A stretch of DNA of 64,000 nt from contig CBDFJR010000005.1 of the NCBI GenBank assembly GCA_965248535.1, positions 1,792,001-1,856,000 on the forward strand. The letters are read 5' to 3'. This document shows, piece by piece, positions 62,929 to 64,000 of this stretch (the stretch's first letter is position 1; every line of letters begins with the position of its first letter). The DNA comes from Phormidesmis sp. (GTDB taxonomy: Bacteria > Cyanobacteriota > Cyanobacteriia > Leptolyngbyales > Leptolyngbyaceae). The position numbers were made by a program, and so were the translations under genes. The notes below the pieces were generated by a model. It worked only from the letters and a program-made list of their open reading frames with translations, did not search any database and was not told where the DNA came from.

Positions 62929-64000
62929 CTAGAGGTTGAGCATTGTGACATACTCCCGACGTTCTATGCTGACAGCATAGAACGCGGGCTTCTCAGTGAC
63001 TCCAGCGATTGCTTCGGACGTTACCTGAGCTTTAAGAACGGAATGCCCTACCGCTCTGTGTTTGATATTGATGGCTGCATTGTGGTCACGGTGAAGTTCA
63101 CACCCGCAATTAGGGCATGAATGCCAACGGTCAGAGAGTTCTTTTTTGACCTTGACCCCACAGCTTGAGCAGTCTTGACTTGTACCGTTTGGGTTCACTG
63201 CAATCGTGAGCAATCCGGCTCTTTCAGCCTTGATTGAGAGGATTTGCAGGAATTGATTCCATCCAGCATCGTGAATCGATTTTGCCAGTCGTGTTCTAGC
63301 TAATCCTTTGACATTCAGCTTTTCATGTGCGACGTGTCTCCCCTGAAATAAAAGCTTTTGTGCAGTTTTGTAATGAAAGTCTTTACGCTGATTCGAGACT
63401 TTCAGGTGCGCCTTGCTGACTCGCTTAATCGCTTTCTTGCGACGATTTGAGCCTTTCTTTTTGCGAGACAATGAACGCTGCAACCGTTTCAGTCGCTTCT
63501 CAGCTTTGCGATAGTGCTGAGGGATGGCAATCTCTTCACCCGAATCATCAGTGAGAAACGACTTCAGCCCTATATCAATCCCGATAGTATTTCCCGTTAC
63601 TGGAAGATCAGGAGTGAGAACTGGAACGGTTGCATCTTGAAGCGATAGCGTGATGTAGTAGCCGTCAACCTTCTTAATGATTGCAGCCGCTTTAACCTTG
63701 AAGCCATTGGGTAAGGGGCGATGCAGAATCAGCTTCAACTTGCCTAGCTTGGGAAGCTGGATGAACCGACCGTCAATGTGTTCTGGCTTGATGGGATCTG
63801 GGAACCCAAGCGAACGAAATCGATCCCGTCCCTTGAAGCGAGGTTTGCCGCTCCGCTTGCCGTTGATATCGCCTTTTAGCCATCGGTCAAATGTCTTTTC
63901 AACCCGCGCAATCACGTCCTGTAGGGTGTGAGAAGGAATCTCTTTGTATTCAGGAAACAACTGCTTAGAGTTGACTAAATCCCGCTTCTGAGAATAGAAG
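62929..64000 (-). CDS. tnpB: IS200/IS605-family RNA-guided endonuclease TnpB (5' end outside the window)
   Basis: KPRFK, GIDIGL (RuvC-I D), HEKLNVKGL (RuvC-II E), CSSCG/CPNCG zinc finger, RDHNAAINI (RuvC-III D). Confidence 0.95.
   Translation of the reverse strand, partial: FYSQKRDLVNSKQLFPEYKEIPSHTLQDVIARVEKTFDRWLKGDINGKRSGKPRFKGRDRFRSLGFPDPIKPEHIDGRFIQLPKLGKLKLILHRPLPNGFKVKAAAIIKKVDGYYITLSLQDATVPVLTPDLPVTGNTIGIDIGLKSFLTDDSGEEIAIPQHYRKAEKRLKRLQRSLSRKKKGSNRRKKAIKRVSKAHLKVSNQRKDFHYKTAQKLLFQGRHVAHEKLNVKGLARTRLAKSIHDAGWNQFLQILSIKAERAGLLTIAVNPNGTSQDCSSCGVKVKKELSDRWHSCPNCGCELHRDHNAAINIKHRAVGHSVLKAQVTSEAIAGVTEKPAFYAVSIERREYVTMLNL
62945..64000 (-). mobile_element. IS200/IS605-family element, right-hand portion
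   Basis: tnpB plus subterminal palindrome CGTTCTATGCTGACAGCATAGAACG (62960-62984), followed on the minus strand by GGAGTATGTCAC; no GCGATCGC seen in the element; boundary approximate. Confidence 0.8.

Noticed and set aside
384..63931. Many 60-170 aa ORFs antisense to or nested in recognised genes
   Set aside because: Shadow ORFs with no recognisable motifs
1..64000. Very frequent GCGATCGC/CGATCG
   Set aside because: This is the well-known cyanobacterial HIP1 repeat; useful for taxonomy but not novel

Overview
Cyanobacterial chromosomal window: HIP1 octamer GCGATCGC is very frequent, and ycf3, psbU, rpaB and a ccmK-type shell gene are present. It is probably from a filamentous Leptolyngbya-like strain (inference). 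Most of the window is housekeeping genes (pheS/surE, hom, gatC, rnz, nadB, uppP, glsA, radA, glcE/glcF, hisC). Accessory blocks: (1) a ~14 kb cellulose/beta-glucan locus with GH5, two unknown ORFs, porin-like, TPR, GH8, bcsB and bcsA genes, where the BcsC export role seems split over two genes; (2) a convergent three-gene phosphorelay ending in a His-less receiver/DHp protein; (3) an acyl-CoA-dehydrogenase-like / PIG-L deacetylase / NodS-like methyltransferase / GT2 cassette of unknown product, with an IS200/IS605 tnpB inserted just upstream; (4) an HTH-NACHT gene broken by many indels; (5) a DUF4160/DUF2442 pair, an orphan ccmK paralogue and a divergent ruvC. Non-coding features include two copies of a 194-bp MITE, a 136-bp MITE nested in a palindrome with a TAA duplication, REP-like hairpins and a two-unit tandem repeat. 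Several single-base insertions split otherwise intact genes and are most likely sequencing or assembly errors. No rRNA, tRNA or CRISPR array was recognised. All calls are by eye, without database searches.
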